DNA of 29,933 nt from Candidatus Thorarchaeota archaeon (GCA_020348985.1 CP070761.1:1979459-2009391); one strand, 5' to 3'; numbered from the stretch's first letter, positions 1-9,068 are shown. Notes: generated by a model not told the origin, from the sequence alone. Numbers and translations are program-made.

Positions 1-1261
1 GATGGACACGCGAGGTGCACCTTATGTAAAGAAGAAGCTTGGTGGTCTAATCAACATTCAGGGTTATGGTGTGCTCAACGTCTTGCGGTGGTTGCGTAAG
101 ACTGGCGGAATTCCAACCGGTAGTGGAAAGGATCCCATCGCACATATTCTATTCATCAAGAACAAGTATCCCGAAGTCTATGACAACACACACATGTTCC
201 TGGAGTGCAAAGACTACCTTAATCTCCGACTTACTGGAGAGTTCGCGACCTCGGTAGATTCAATCATGTTGCACTGGGTCACTAATACGAGAGACATCAT
301 GAATGTCCGGTACGATGATTGGCTAATCAAGAAGATTGGCGTCGATGGTGACAAGCTGCCGCCTTTGAAGCAGGCAATTGATGTACTCGGACCCGTGAGA
401 GAAGATGTAGCCTATGAGATAGGCATCTCCAAAGACACACAGGTCGTCATGGGATCTCCAGACCTTCACTCTGCAATAATCGGCTCTGGCGCAGTTCAAG
501 ACTATGAAGGGCACATCTACATTGGAACAAGTTCATGGGTCATCTGCCATGTTCCGTTCAAGAAGACCGACATCTCCCACAACATGGCATCATTACCGTC
601 CGCTATTCCAGGACGCTACTTCGTGGCCAATGAGCAAGAGTCAGCTGGAGCCTGTTTGACATTCCTACGAGACAATCTGTTCTACCCAGATGATGAGACA
701 CGCTTCGGGAAAGAAGAAGTCTATCAGGAGTTTGACCGGATTGTCGAGCGAGTTCCGCCAGGTAGTAACGGCCTCCTTTTCACGCCCTGGCTTTACGGAG
801 AGCGGACCCCTGTAGAGAATCACACTCTGAGGGGCGGTTTACATAACATCTCTCTTCCAGTGAAGCGTGAGGACCTAATCCGTGCAGTCTTCGAGGGCGT
901 GGCCTTCAACAGTAGATGGTTGTTTGAGCTTGTGGAGAAGTTCATCAAGAGGAAGATGGATCCTGTCAACATAATCGGAGGCGGCGCACAGTCTGACATC
1001 TGGTGTCAAATCTATGCCGATATCCTCAATAGAACAGTCCGTCAGGTCAAGGATCCCATTATGGCAAATGCCAGAGGTGCAGCGCTCATAGCTTCAGTAG
1101 GACTGGGCTACTGCACATTTGATGAGATCTGTCACATCGTGCAATTCTCGAAGACGTTCGAACCTAATCATGACAACAGAAGACTCTACGATACTTTGTT
1201 CGAAGAGTTTCTCAATGTATACAAGAACAACGAGAAAATGTACAGAAGACTGAATGAGTAG
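1..1261 (+). CDS. FGGY-family carbohydrate kinase (xylulokinase-like), 5'-truncated by window edge
   Basis: ORF opens with the (W)MDTR motif normally ~80 aa into FGGY kinases, so the start is outside the window; IYIGTSSW, FTPWLYGERTP, RAVFEGVA and IIGGGAQSDIWCQIYAD are FGGY motifs. Reading frame starts at 2. Confidence 0.9.
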   Translation, partial: MDTRGAPYVKKKLGGLINIQGYGVLNVLRWLRKTGGIPTGSGKDPIAHILFIKNKYPEVYDNTHMFLECKDYLNLRLTGEFATSVDSIMLHWVTNTRDIMNVRYDDWLIKKIGVDGDKLPPLKQAIDVLGPVREDVAYEIGISKDTQVVMGSPDLHSAIIGSGAVQDYEGHIYIGTSSWVICHVPFKKTDISHNMASLPSAIPGRYFVANEQESAGACLTFLRDNLFYPDDETRFGKEEVYQEFDRIVERVPPGSNGLLFTPWLYGERTPVENHTLRGGLHNISLPVKREDLIRAVFEGVAFNSRWLFELVEKFIKRKMDPVNIIGGGAQSDIWCQIYADILNRTVRQVKDPIMANARGAALIASVGLGYCTFDEICHIVQFSKTFEPNHDNRRLYDTLFEEFLNVYKNNEKMYRRLNE

Positions 1262-1267
1262 GCAGAA

Positions 1268-1780
1268 ATGATGGAAGAACGATTCTCATTCGAGTTTGTC
1301 GAGAAGCAAATCAGGAAGAAGACTTTCGGAGTACTCTCGACGATTGACAAAAAAGGGAGACCTCACTCTACTGGCGTGCTCTATGGTGTTTCCCCTCCCG
1401 AGTCAAGCTTTGCACTATACGTGATTGTCGGGGAGGACTACGTCAAGACCAAGAATGTACGACGCAATCCAAATGTTTCTCTAGTTGTCACATTTCCCCA
1501 TTATTGGGTACGGTTTGCGCCTGCAGCATATGTGAGGTTTCGAGGAACAGCAGAGATTCTGCCGCTCGATGACCCCGATGGTCAATGGGCATTCCAACAG
1601 CAGAGAATTCTCCGCATGGCTGAGAGAACTGAATTGTCTGAGGATGAAGCAGCGGTCTTCATCAAGATCAATTCTGAACCCACAATCTTCTGCTATGGCC
1701 TTGGTCTAAGTCTAATGGAGTTCCGTCGCACCCACACCGAAGCTGGCTATAGAGTCAAGATACCTGAGAACCGAAGATAG
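1268..1780 (+). CDS. Pyridoxamine 5'-phosphate oxidase-like split-barrel flavin/F420-binding protein
   Basis: GVLSTIDKKGRPHS and KTKNVRRNPNVSLVV match the split-barrel pattern; 6 nt after the kinase stop, so probably co-transcribed. Confidence 0.8.
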   Translation: MMEERFSFEFVEKQIRKKTFGVLSTIDKKGRPHSTGVLYGVSPPESSFALYVIVGEDYVKTKNVRRNPNVSLVVTFPHYWVRFAPAAYVRFRGTAEILPLDDPDGQWAFQQQRILRMAERTELSEDEAAVFIKINSEPTIFCYGLGLSLMEFRRTHTEAGYRVKIPENRR

Positions 1781-1805
1781 CACATAAATTCCGATCCACG
1801 GCATA

Positions 1806-2801
1806 CTATCCATAGTACCTCTTCAAAACACGTAATGCTCTGAGCGTTATCCACTTGGATGGCTGCCCTTTGACATCAATATCACAATGCATTTTTCCAT
1901 TGAAACTGTGTTTGAGAAGCCACCTGCCGTCTTCACTCATCGCGCTGATAACGAGGTCAATGGAATCTTGCATTCTTTCATCATTTGCTCCTAGATGAGT
2001 CAAGGTGTCGAGTACCTCTAGAATGTCAGACTGATAGAACAATGGGAAACCGAAACGTTTCCATCCTGCTTTGTCTTTGCGGCTCCCATCGACGTTCTTG
2101 AGGTATCTGAAGATGCCATTGTCAAGGATCAACTCTACTTCCGTCTCAATGATGTTCTTAACCGTCTTAGACCGTTTCTTGCTTGGAATTCTTGACAATC
2201 CTCGTAGCGCCTTGAAACCGCCCATGTAGCAGTTGGCAGGAAACACTTTGGATGGGTCTATCGGAAACGCCCTACACCTCCATCCGCCGTTCTTCTCTGA
2301 GTGATCATCAGAAAGAAACTGAATGAGGCGTTGAACTCGAGAATCATCGAGGTAACCGAAGTGTATGGCATAATACAGGATGTTTCCGTCCAGGCAGCAG
2401 CCATCAGTCATTTTACTTGCCCGGCCTCTTTCCGTCTTTGGAACATTGGTTAGAAAGTGGCCCGAGTCACGCTGGCACGAAAAAACGAACTCCATACCTT
2501 GCTCAATGGCTGGTGTTCGTTTTGCTCCAAGCTCTGAGAGAATGAGTAGACTGTGAGTGCTTGCAGTGTACTTTGGAAGATACATGTCGTTTGGATCGTC
2601 CCAGTGACCCTCAGCCTTCTGAGCTCCCAGGATGGCTTTGACACAAGGCGACTTCATTAGCTCGGTCTGCGAATCTGTAACCTGTTTGTCATCCGTCTTT
2701 TTGCCCTTGAGGTATTGAAGAGCCCAGAAACGAACGCTAGGATCTGAAGGGTCCAGAATCCAGTCAAGAACTCCCTCTTTCAGAAACTCTGTCCACGCCA
2801 T
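1806..2801 (-). CDS. Prenyltransferase/squalene-cyclase-repeat (alpha/alpha)-barrel protein of unknown function
   Basis: QW-like repeats QKAEGHW, QRDSGHF, EKNGGW, SEDGRW; FGFPLFYQSDILEVL and C-terminal GQPSKWITLRALRVL typical of this uncharacterised family. Confidence 0.7.
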   Translation of the reverse strand: MAWTEFLKEGVLDWILDPSDPSVRFWALQYLKGKKTDDKQVTDSQTELMKSPCVKAILGAQKAEGHWDDPNDMYLPKYTASTHSLLILSELGAKRTPAIEQGMEFVFSCQRDSGHFLTNVPKTERGRASKMTDGCCLDGNILYYAIHFGYLDDSRVQRLIQFLSDDHSEKNGGWRCRAFPIDPSKVFPANCYMGGFKALRGLSRIPSKKRSKTVKNIIETEVELILDNGIFRYLKNVDGSRKDKAGWKRFGFPLFYQSDILEVLDTLTHLGANDERMQDSIDLVISAMSEDGRWLLKHSFNGKMHCDIDVKGQPSKWITLRALRVLKRYYG

Positions 2802-2845
2802 AACAGCGTCGGTATACCATCTCGGTATTAAACTTGTGAGTCCTC

Positions 2846-3910
2846 CTACGTTTCCATCGAGTCATCCCATGGGAGAATCGTGTCTCCCTTTCCGGACAGC
2901 ACTTTTTCTGCGAAGTTTGGATCAGCGAGGATTCCTCTTCCCACAGCAAGTAGATCGCATAGGTCCTCATCCATTATCCTCTCCGCAAGAGTAGCATCTC
3001 TCACCATTCCCACTCCGATAACTGGGACATTGACGTGCTCTCGTATCTTGGCCGCGGCTGGAGCCCAGCAATCATACGGGTAGCCATTCATGATATCGGG
3101 TGGTGACTCTGGAGAGAAGATGGACAACTCCTCTGGTCGGTAGAGATGGTCAACAATCCCGGATATATGAAGCATGTCAACACCTGCTTCCTCGATGATT
3201 CGTGCTGCCTGTACGGCCTCCTCAATGTCTATACCGCCTATCACATTCTCAAGACAATTCATACGATAGATGATCGGATAATCACCAAGTTCTTCTCGAA
3301 TAGCCTTGACGACTTCGACGGCGAACCGCAATCTGTTTTCGACGGATCCACCATAATCATCGGTTCTCTGATTTGCATATGGTGACATGAAGGCACTAAG
3401 TAGGTAGAAGTGTGCTGCGTGTACCTCTACGCCATCAAACCCAGCCGCCTTTGCTCTCTTAGCGGCAGCAACGAACTGTGCCTTGATTTCGTGGATCTCA
3501 GTCACCGATAGCTCACGAGGTAGCGAACCATCCTTTATTCGAACAGGCGAAGGTCCAACGAGCTCACCCCCTGAGAAGTTCTTGGGTCCGGCGTGCACCA
3601 ACTGGATGAACGCTTTCGCGCCGTGGGCCTTGATTCTTGATGCCAGCTCAGTCAGTCCTGGGATTGCTTCATCATTATGAATACAGATATTCTTCTTCAT
3701 AATTCTGTGTTCCCAGGATATGGCGGTTGCTTCAACAATGATCAAACCCACCTGGCCTTTCGCTATTGCTTCGTAGTGTTCAAGAATCTCATCAGTTACG
3801 GATCCATCAAGGCCACCCTTTTGTGTGACCATTGGGGGTAGTACAAACCTGTTCTTCAGGGTCATTCCTGCAAACTCTAGGGTGTCACTTAGCTTCGCCG
3901 TTGAAATCAA
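2846..3910 (-). CDS. NADH:flavin oxidoreductase, old yellow enzyme family
   Basis: LKNRFVLPPM, IQLVHAG, AGFDGVEVHAAHFYLL, NQRTDDYGGSVENRLRF, GRGILADP; TTG start. Confidence 0.92.
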   Translation of the reverse strand: MISTAKLSDTLEFAGMTLKNRFVLPPMVTQKGGLDGSVTDEILEHYEAIAKGQVGLIIVEATAISWEHRIMKKNICIHNDEAIPGLTELASRIKAHGAKAFIQLVHAGPKNFSGGELVGPSPVRIKDGSLPRELSVTEIHEIKAQFVAAAKRAKAAGFDGVEVHAAHFYLLSAFMSPYANQRTDDYGGSVENRLRFAVEVVKAIREELGDYPIIYRMNCLENVIGGIDIEEAVQAARIIEEAGVDMLHISGIVDHLYRPEELSIFSPESPPDIMNGYPYDCWAPAAAKIREHVNVPVIGVGMVRDATLAERIMDEDLCDLLAVGRGILADPNFAEKVLSGKGDTILPWDDSMET

Positions 3911-3943
3911 CTCCAGTCCGTCAAGGAAATCTCTGGATTAGTT

Positions 3944-5248
3944 CTAGAGGTCGAATCCTGTTCTCTCTGATCCCCAGGTCTCCATGGCTCTCTTGAGCTC
4001 TGGATGTTCCTTGGCGTATCTGCTTACTGGTATTCCTTGCATTTTGGCATCGATTGCCTGTCTGAAAGCTATTGCGCCTGCCGTTGGGCCGTCTGGGTGC
4101 GCATGTATTCCCGCTCCCGTTCCTATGACGATGTCTGGGCCAAGATCATCCATCACATCCTCCACGTGTCCCGGACTAATACCTCCGCTTGGCATTGGTG
4201 CAGTCTGTTCTATGTGATGCAGCGGCATGATCATATCATGAGCCATCATCAGGAATCTCTCTTTTAACATGGGTGCCTTGCCATAGGGGGCCGGAAACAC
4301 GGTGATGTCCGATCCACATATTCTCGGTAGCTTTCCAATCACTATGTTTGTCGATATCCCAATGTTCGGAGAATACGAAATCGCTCCCGTGACATCCATG
4401 TGCGCTAGAACGGGCACATTGATCGACGGGTCTTCACAGACCTGTCGAAATGCTGAGTACCCAACTGCCAGGAAGTTGATCATGAGGCCGTTGGTTCCGA
4501 GCTCAATCGCTCTTTCAGCATTCTCCATCAGCTTCGTGACATTATCAGTTATGTTGACAGTGAAGAGGGTCTTCTCTCCCTTCTCTGCATCCGCTCTATC
4601 GATAGCTTCCATAAAGAGCGGAATTCTCTCCTCTAGCGTGTTGAACTCTGGATTTGCCAGAAGCTCATCATCCTTGATTATGTCGGCGCCCCCTACAGCA
4701 GCTTGATAGCAGAGGTCCGCCCCCATCTTTGCCGAGGTGTAGACACAGGGCTTGATCATATTGTTGACGAATGGTCTCTTGTTGATGCCTAACAGCTTCC
4801 TGAGACCCTTGATACCAAACTTCGGTCCCTTGAAGCCCTTCAACCAACTCTTCGGAAAGCGCATGTCCAAGCACTTGATTGGGCCCAAAGAGATATTCCC
4901 AATCACGGTCGAGAGAAGCATAGGAATCTGTTGTCCGAAATTCTCCCATGGAAAAGCCACCTGAATTATGTAATGCCTTCTGTCCAAATCGCTAGGCAAG
5001 CTATATTCGTATTGTGGGACCTCATAGAGCCCGACTACCTTGGCAACGTGCCTCTTCCTCACAGCTGCGGTCTCACCAGGAACAAGTGTCCAAGTCCCAG
5101 TGCTCTGTTCTACAGCTGCCGCCCATGCAACTTCTCTAGCATCCATGAAAGGAGGAAGTCGGGCGTAGTAGGTGCAGATTACATATTTCTCCACATCAAT
5201 CGCATCAGGAAGCGCATCAGGAAGCGCATCAAGTGGTAGTCTAGTCAT
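3944..5248 (-). CDS. rlp: RuBisCO-like protein (form IV)
   Basis: EQSTGTW, GN, IKP, GADIIKDDE (carbamylation/Mg motif), SGG and HPDGPTAGA present; K177, R295 and H327 equivalents appear replaced (C, M, V), as expected for a non-carboxylating RLP. Confidence 0.92.
   Translation of the reverse strand: MTRLPLDALPDALPDAIDVEKYVICTYYARLPPFMDAREVAWAAAVEQSTGTWTLVPGETAAVRKRHVAKVVGLYEVPQYEYSLPSDLDRRHYIIQVAFPWENFGQQIPMLLSTVIGNISLGPIKCLDMRFPKSWLKGFKGPKFGIKGLRKLLGINKRPFVNNMIKPCVYTSAKMGADLCYQAAVGGADIIKDDELLANPEFNTLEERIPLFMEAIDRADAEKGEKTLFTVNITDNVTKLMENAERAIELGTNGLMINFLAVGYSAFRQVCEDPSINVPVLAHMDVTGAISYSPNIGISTNIVIGKLPRICGSDITVFPAPYGKAPMLKERFLMMAHDMIMPLHHIEQTAPMPSGGISPGHVEDVMDDLGPDIVIGTGAGIHAHPDGPTAGAIAFRQAIDAKMQGIPVSRYAKEHPELKRAMETWGSERTGFDL
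5201..5231. repeat. Perfect 12-bp tandem repeat (CGCATCAGGAAG x2.6) inside the RLP 5' end
   Basis: Direct reading: 5201-5212, 5213-5224, partial 5225-5231; encodes DALP-DALP-DA in frame. Confidence 0.9.
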
Positions 5249-5331
5249 TCACATCGCCGGTCTACGTCTGTTACATATCCGGCTTATGTCCTTTTGGACC
5301 GAATTGTGTTCTTTTACAAGTCGGATTTCTA

Positions 5332-6387
5332 TCATCTTCTTCTTGCCAGAAACACCACTACCAAAGCTGCCAAACCAATGCCGCCGATTACCAGATAAAA
5401 TGTGTAGTCGCCAGGCGGCATCTCTATGTTTAGACTAGTTGCGTTTCGAATGACCTCCAAGATGCGGTCTTCGTCTTCAATTTCCACGTCAACGTCGAAT
5501 GTGCCGAGACCCTCCTGTGTGAATGTCCCCGTGTAGGTGCCATTGCCAAACTCGTCAAACAATTCAACGGTCTGATTGTTTGTCGCGTTTCCCCGTTGAT
5601 GTACAAAGGCTGTTACTTCTGAGACGTCCGAGCAGTTCACACCGGGACACATCTCGATGAAGTCTGCTGTTCCCACACGAATAGAATACTCGCCGCTTTG
5701 GTCGGCCAATTGCTCGACAGTGATTTCAGCCAGGTGCGAATACTCCAGAACCTCTTTCACAATCGTCGTACAAAACTCACGTATTGGGGCTGCCGTGTAT
5801 CCTCCACCCTGAAGCCCACCACCAGCTCCGCCTGAAACAACCCTCTTGTCAGAAATCACGCGGACGCCTGAGACAGGAATTCCTCCAGCATTCCTTACAT
5901 AGCTATTGGACATCACGAATGAGACCACCTTCGTACCATTAAGCAAGTTATCCATTCTAGCCAGAGGTACAAGTCCAATGCAGAGGGAACCCACAACCAG
6001 CCCCTCCTCGTATGCCGTGGAGACCAGCTCGTTGACATGAGGATGGGTGGAGAGAATCGGCCAATTGCCGCCGCTAGGAATAATCACACAGTCGTACTCT
6101 GAAATCATCTCTCTGGACATATTCTCAACAAGAATGTCTGCAGATACTGGAATTGGATCCCGGTTTGGACATGCTGTGACTTCCATTTCTAGGCCAGCTG
6201 TAGTAACATTGCAGCCCCAGGACTCCATCAACTCCTTGATCTCAAAATAGCTATAACCTACGCCGTCTGTGACGATAACTATTACACTGATATCTTCAAG
6301 CTGGGCATTTGCGATGCCTTGTGCCTGACAGTTCTGAGGTACAGTGAAGAGTAGCAAGGCAAACAGGATCAGGAGTTTGAATTTCAT
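5332..6387 (-). CDS. DJ-1/PfpI-family protein with signal peptide and C-terminal membrane anchor
   Basis: MKFKLLILFALLLF signal; YDCVIIPSGG and VGSLCIG (nucleophile-elbow Cys); VISDKRVVSG; beta-rich C-terminal domain; TM helix followed by RRR. Confidence 0.8.
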   Translation of the reverse strand: MKFKLLILFALLLFTVPQNCQAQGIANAQLEDISVIVIVTDGVGYSYFEIKELMESWGCNVTTAGLEMEVTACPNRDPIPVSADILVENMSREMISEYDCVIIPSGGNWPILSTHPHVNELVSTAYEEGLVVGSLCIGLVPLARMDNLLNGTKVVSFVMSNSYVRNAGGIPVSGVRVISDKRVVSGGAGGGLQGGGYTAAPIREFCTTIVKEVLEYSHLAEITVEQLADQSGEYSIRVGTADFIEMCPGVNCSDVSEVTAFVHQRGNATNNQTVELFDEFGNGTYTGTFTQEGLGTFDVDVEIEDEDRILEVIRNATSLNIEMPPGDYTFYLVIGGIGLAALVVVFLARRR

Positions 6388-6546
6388 TCACATCGCAAAG
6401 GCACATGTGCTTCTGCCATATTAAGCACAACATCAACGCGATGCGGCTTTTCACGTCGGTAGGGCCAATTGGTTTGGTTTATCAATGAGTTTGAACTCAC
6501 CTTCCCAGACAACATCTGTGTTACTGTGACTCGGAGGAGGAACCAG

Positions 6547-8145
6547 ATGCTACACATTTCAGAAGTTGCAGAGAGAGCAGGAATACCTAAGGAATACATA
6601 GAGCTCTATGGTAATCACATTGCCAAGATTGACCTTAGTGTTCGAAAGAAGCTTGGGAAACGGAAAGGCAAGCATATTCTCGTTACAGCGATGACACCTA
6701 CTCCTGCTGGTGAGGGAAAGACTACCACATCCATTGGTCTCTCGATGGCACTGAATGCGTTAGGCCACAATGCAGTTGTGACGCTTCGTGAACCATCTCT
6801 TGGTCCAGTCTTTGGAGTCAAGGGAGGTGCAGCCGGCGGGGGCAAGGCTCGAATTCATCCTTTTGAGAAGATTAACCTTCTCTTCACCTCCGACTTCCCT
6901 GCAATAGCCGCAGCACACAATCTATTGTCGGCAATGGTCGACAATCATGTTCACCAAGGCAATGAATTGGACCTTGACATAAGACGTGTCTACTGGCCAA
7001 GAACTGTTGACATGAATGACCGCGCTTTAAGAGAAGTCATTGTGGGCCTGGGTGGCAGGACGGATGGTTTTCCAAGAGAAGAGACATACGTGATCACCGC
7101 GGCATCTGAAATCATGGCCATTGTGGCACTGGCTAAAGACTACAAGGACTTGAAGGAAAGATTGGGCAACATCCTCGTGGGACGGACTCCGCGGCTGAAG
7201 GAAATCCAAGCAAGGGATCTGCAGGCCGAAGGTGCTATGGCTGTTCTACTACGAGATGCAATGAGGCCTAATCTTGTCCAGACATCAGAGGGAACTCCAG
7301 CTATCGTTCATGCAGGTCCTTTTGCAAACATTGCGCATGGTACAAACTCAGTTGCGAGCACAGACATTGGGCTTCGTCTGTTTGATTATGTCGTATGTGA
7401 GGCTGGTTTCGGAGCAGACCTGGGTGCGGAGAAGTACTTCAACATTGTAACCAGGGCTGGAGACTTCCATGTCGATGCAGTCGTAATTGTTACTTCAATT
7501 CGTGCATTGAAACATCACGGAAATGGAGACCTAGTGACTGGATTCCCGAATCTCCAGAAACATGTAGAGAATATGATGGGTTTTGGCGCACCTGTTGTCG
7601 TAGCCCTCAATCGCTTTCCGACAGACACGGATCAGGAGATCGCAGCGCTGCAAGGATTGTGCACGAGCTGTGAAGTTCCTATGCAGATCTCTGAGGTATT
7701 CATGAAAGGAGGAGAAGGCGGCAAGGCTCTGGCTCAACAAGTCATCGATGTCATTGGAAGCGGGCAGAAGAACCATAGCTACACATACATGCTTGAAGAT
7801 GACCTTCGTACTAAGATTGAGAAAGTTGCCACGAAGATCTATGGCGCAGGAGAGGTAGACTACACGAGCACTGCAAAGGGAAAGATCCGATCATTGGAGA
7901 AGAGAGACTATGGCAATCTTCCCATATGCGTCGCAAAGACACAGTTCAGTCTGTCTGACAATGCACGGCTTCTTGGAAGACCAGAAGGCTTTGAAGTCGA
8001 AGTGCGTGATGTCGACGTGAGTGCTGGTGCCGGCTATATCATCGTATACATGGGCGACATCAATCTCATGCCCGGTTTGCCGAAGGAACCTGCTGCAGTT
8101 GGAATGGACATCGACGAAGACGGAAACATAACTGGAGTGTTCTAG
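6547..8145 (+). CDS. fhs: Formate--tetrahydrofolate ligase
   Basis: TPTPAGEGKTT, LREPSLGPVFGVKGGAAGGG, HAGPFANIAHG, EAGFGADLGAEK, ICVAKTQFSLSD, MPGLPKEPAA. Start moved to ATG 6547 behind SD GGAGGAGG (6533-6540). Confidence 0.97.
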   Translation: MLHISEVAERAGIPKEYIELYGNHIAKIDLSVRKKLGKRKGKHILVTAMTPTPAGEGKTTTSIGLSMALNALGHNAVVTLREPSLGPVFGVKGGAAGGGKARIHPFEKINLLFTSDFPAIAAAHNLLSAMVDNHVHQGNELDLDIRRVYWPRTVDMNDRALREVIVGLGGRTDGFPREETYVITAASEIMAIVALAKDYKDLKERLGNILVGRTPRLKEIQARDLQAEGAMAVLLRDAMRPNLVQTSEGTPAIVHAGPFANIAHGTNSVASTDIGLRLFDYVVCEAGFGADLGAEKYFNIVTRAGDFHVDAVVIVTSIRALKHHGNGDLVTGFPNLQKHVENMMGFGAPVVVALNRFPTDTDQEIAALQGLCTSCEVPMQISEVFMKGGEGGKALAQQVIDVIGSGQKNHSYTYMLEDDLRTKIEKVATKIYGAGEVDYTSTAKGKIRSLEKRDYGNLPICVAKTQFSLSDNARLLGRPEGFEVEVRDVDVSAGAGYIIVYMGDINLMPGLPKEPAAVGMDIDEDGNITGVF

Positions 8146-8146
8146 A

Positions 8147-9037
8147 GTGGCACCTGAAGCTTCTGAAGACATTTGCGAAGACCATGTACTTAATGGAAGA
8201 AAGCTGTCCAAGAAGATTAGAAGCGAGATTAGAGCCGAGGTGGAGAAACTTGTTGAGAAACACAGGATCTCCCCAAAACTGTTGACTGTTATCGTTGGTG
8301 AAGACCCTGGTTCTCAGATGTATGTTCGGATGAAGACAAAAGCATCAAACAAGGCTGGGATTCTGTCTGAGCACTATGACCTGCCAGCAAGCACAACCCA
8401 AGATGAGCTTCTCGCCCTTGTGGACAAGCTGAACAATGACCCCAAAGTCCATGGCATACTCATCCAGTTGCCATTGCCGAATCACATTGACGAGAAGACA
8501 ATCATCGGAGCAATGACTCCACTCAAGGATGTGGACGGTTTCTCTCCGTCGAACATTCACAGGCTCTTCTACGGCGGAGAGTTGTTGAGTTCTGCTACTC
8601 CCCACGGAATAGTGACAATGCTGGATGCTGTAGGTCTAAGCGATCTAACTGGGAAGCATGTCGTCATCATCAATCGATCCACAATAGTTGGCAAGCCGTT
8701 GATTATGTTACTTCTGAATCGAAATGCAACTGTCACAGTCTGTCATTCGAGGACAAAGGACCTGGCATCCTTCACAAAGCAAGCAGATGTACTTGTGACT
8801 GCGATTGGTCGTCGGAAGTCGAAGGACGATCCTTACTTCATTACGGCTGACATGATCAAAGAGGGCGCCGTTGTCATAGACGTTGCGACACCTAACGGTG
8901 ATGTAGACTTTGAGAACGTGAAGATGAAGGCAAGATGCCTAACACCCGTGCCTGGAGGAGTTGGGCCGATGACTATCACTATGTTGCTCCGTAACGTCGT
9001 TGACGCATATGTTGCTCAGGTTTCTGGATCGAAGTAG
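8147..9037 (+). CDS. folD: Bifunctional methylene-THF dehydrogenase / methenyl-THF cyclohydrolase
   Basis: YVRMK (YxxxK), HGILIQLPLP, KDVDG, NRSTIVGKP, ATVTVCHSRT, TPVPGGVGPMT; GTG start 1 nt after the fhs stop. Confidence 0.96.
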   Translation: MAPEASEDICEDHVLNGRKLSKKIRSEIRAEVEKLVEKHRISPKLLTVIVGEDPGSQMYVRMKTKASNKAGILSEHYDLPASTTQDELLALVDKLNNDPKVHGILIQLPLPNHIDEKTIIGAMTPLKDVDGFSPSNIHRLFYGGELLSSATPHGIVTMLDAVGLSDLTGKHVVIINRSTIVGKPLIMLLLNRNATVTVCHSRTKDLASFTKQADVLVTAIGRRKSKDDPYFITADMIKEGAVVIDVATPNGDVDFENVKMKARCLTPVPGGVGPMTITMLLRNVVDAYVAQVSGSK

Positions 9038-9052
9038 GTCTTCACATCTTAT

Positions 9053-9068
9053 CCCAAACGCTTTTGAG
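9053..9068 (+). promoter_or_regulatory. Putative BRE/TATA-like promoter of ftcd
   Basis: CCCAAACGCTTTTGAG about 25 nt upstream of SD AGGTGA (9091-9096); similar CCCAA-led motifs at 11863 and 19395. Confidence 0.4.

Noticed and set aside
3944-5248. Bona fide CO2-fixing RuBisCO
   Set aside because: K177, R295 and H327 equivalents are substituted; no phosphoribulokinase or AMP-pathway genes nearby.
6469-6546. N-terminal extension of Fhs in the ORF track
   Set aside because: Not homologous to Fhs; a strong SD precedes ATG 6547.
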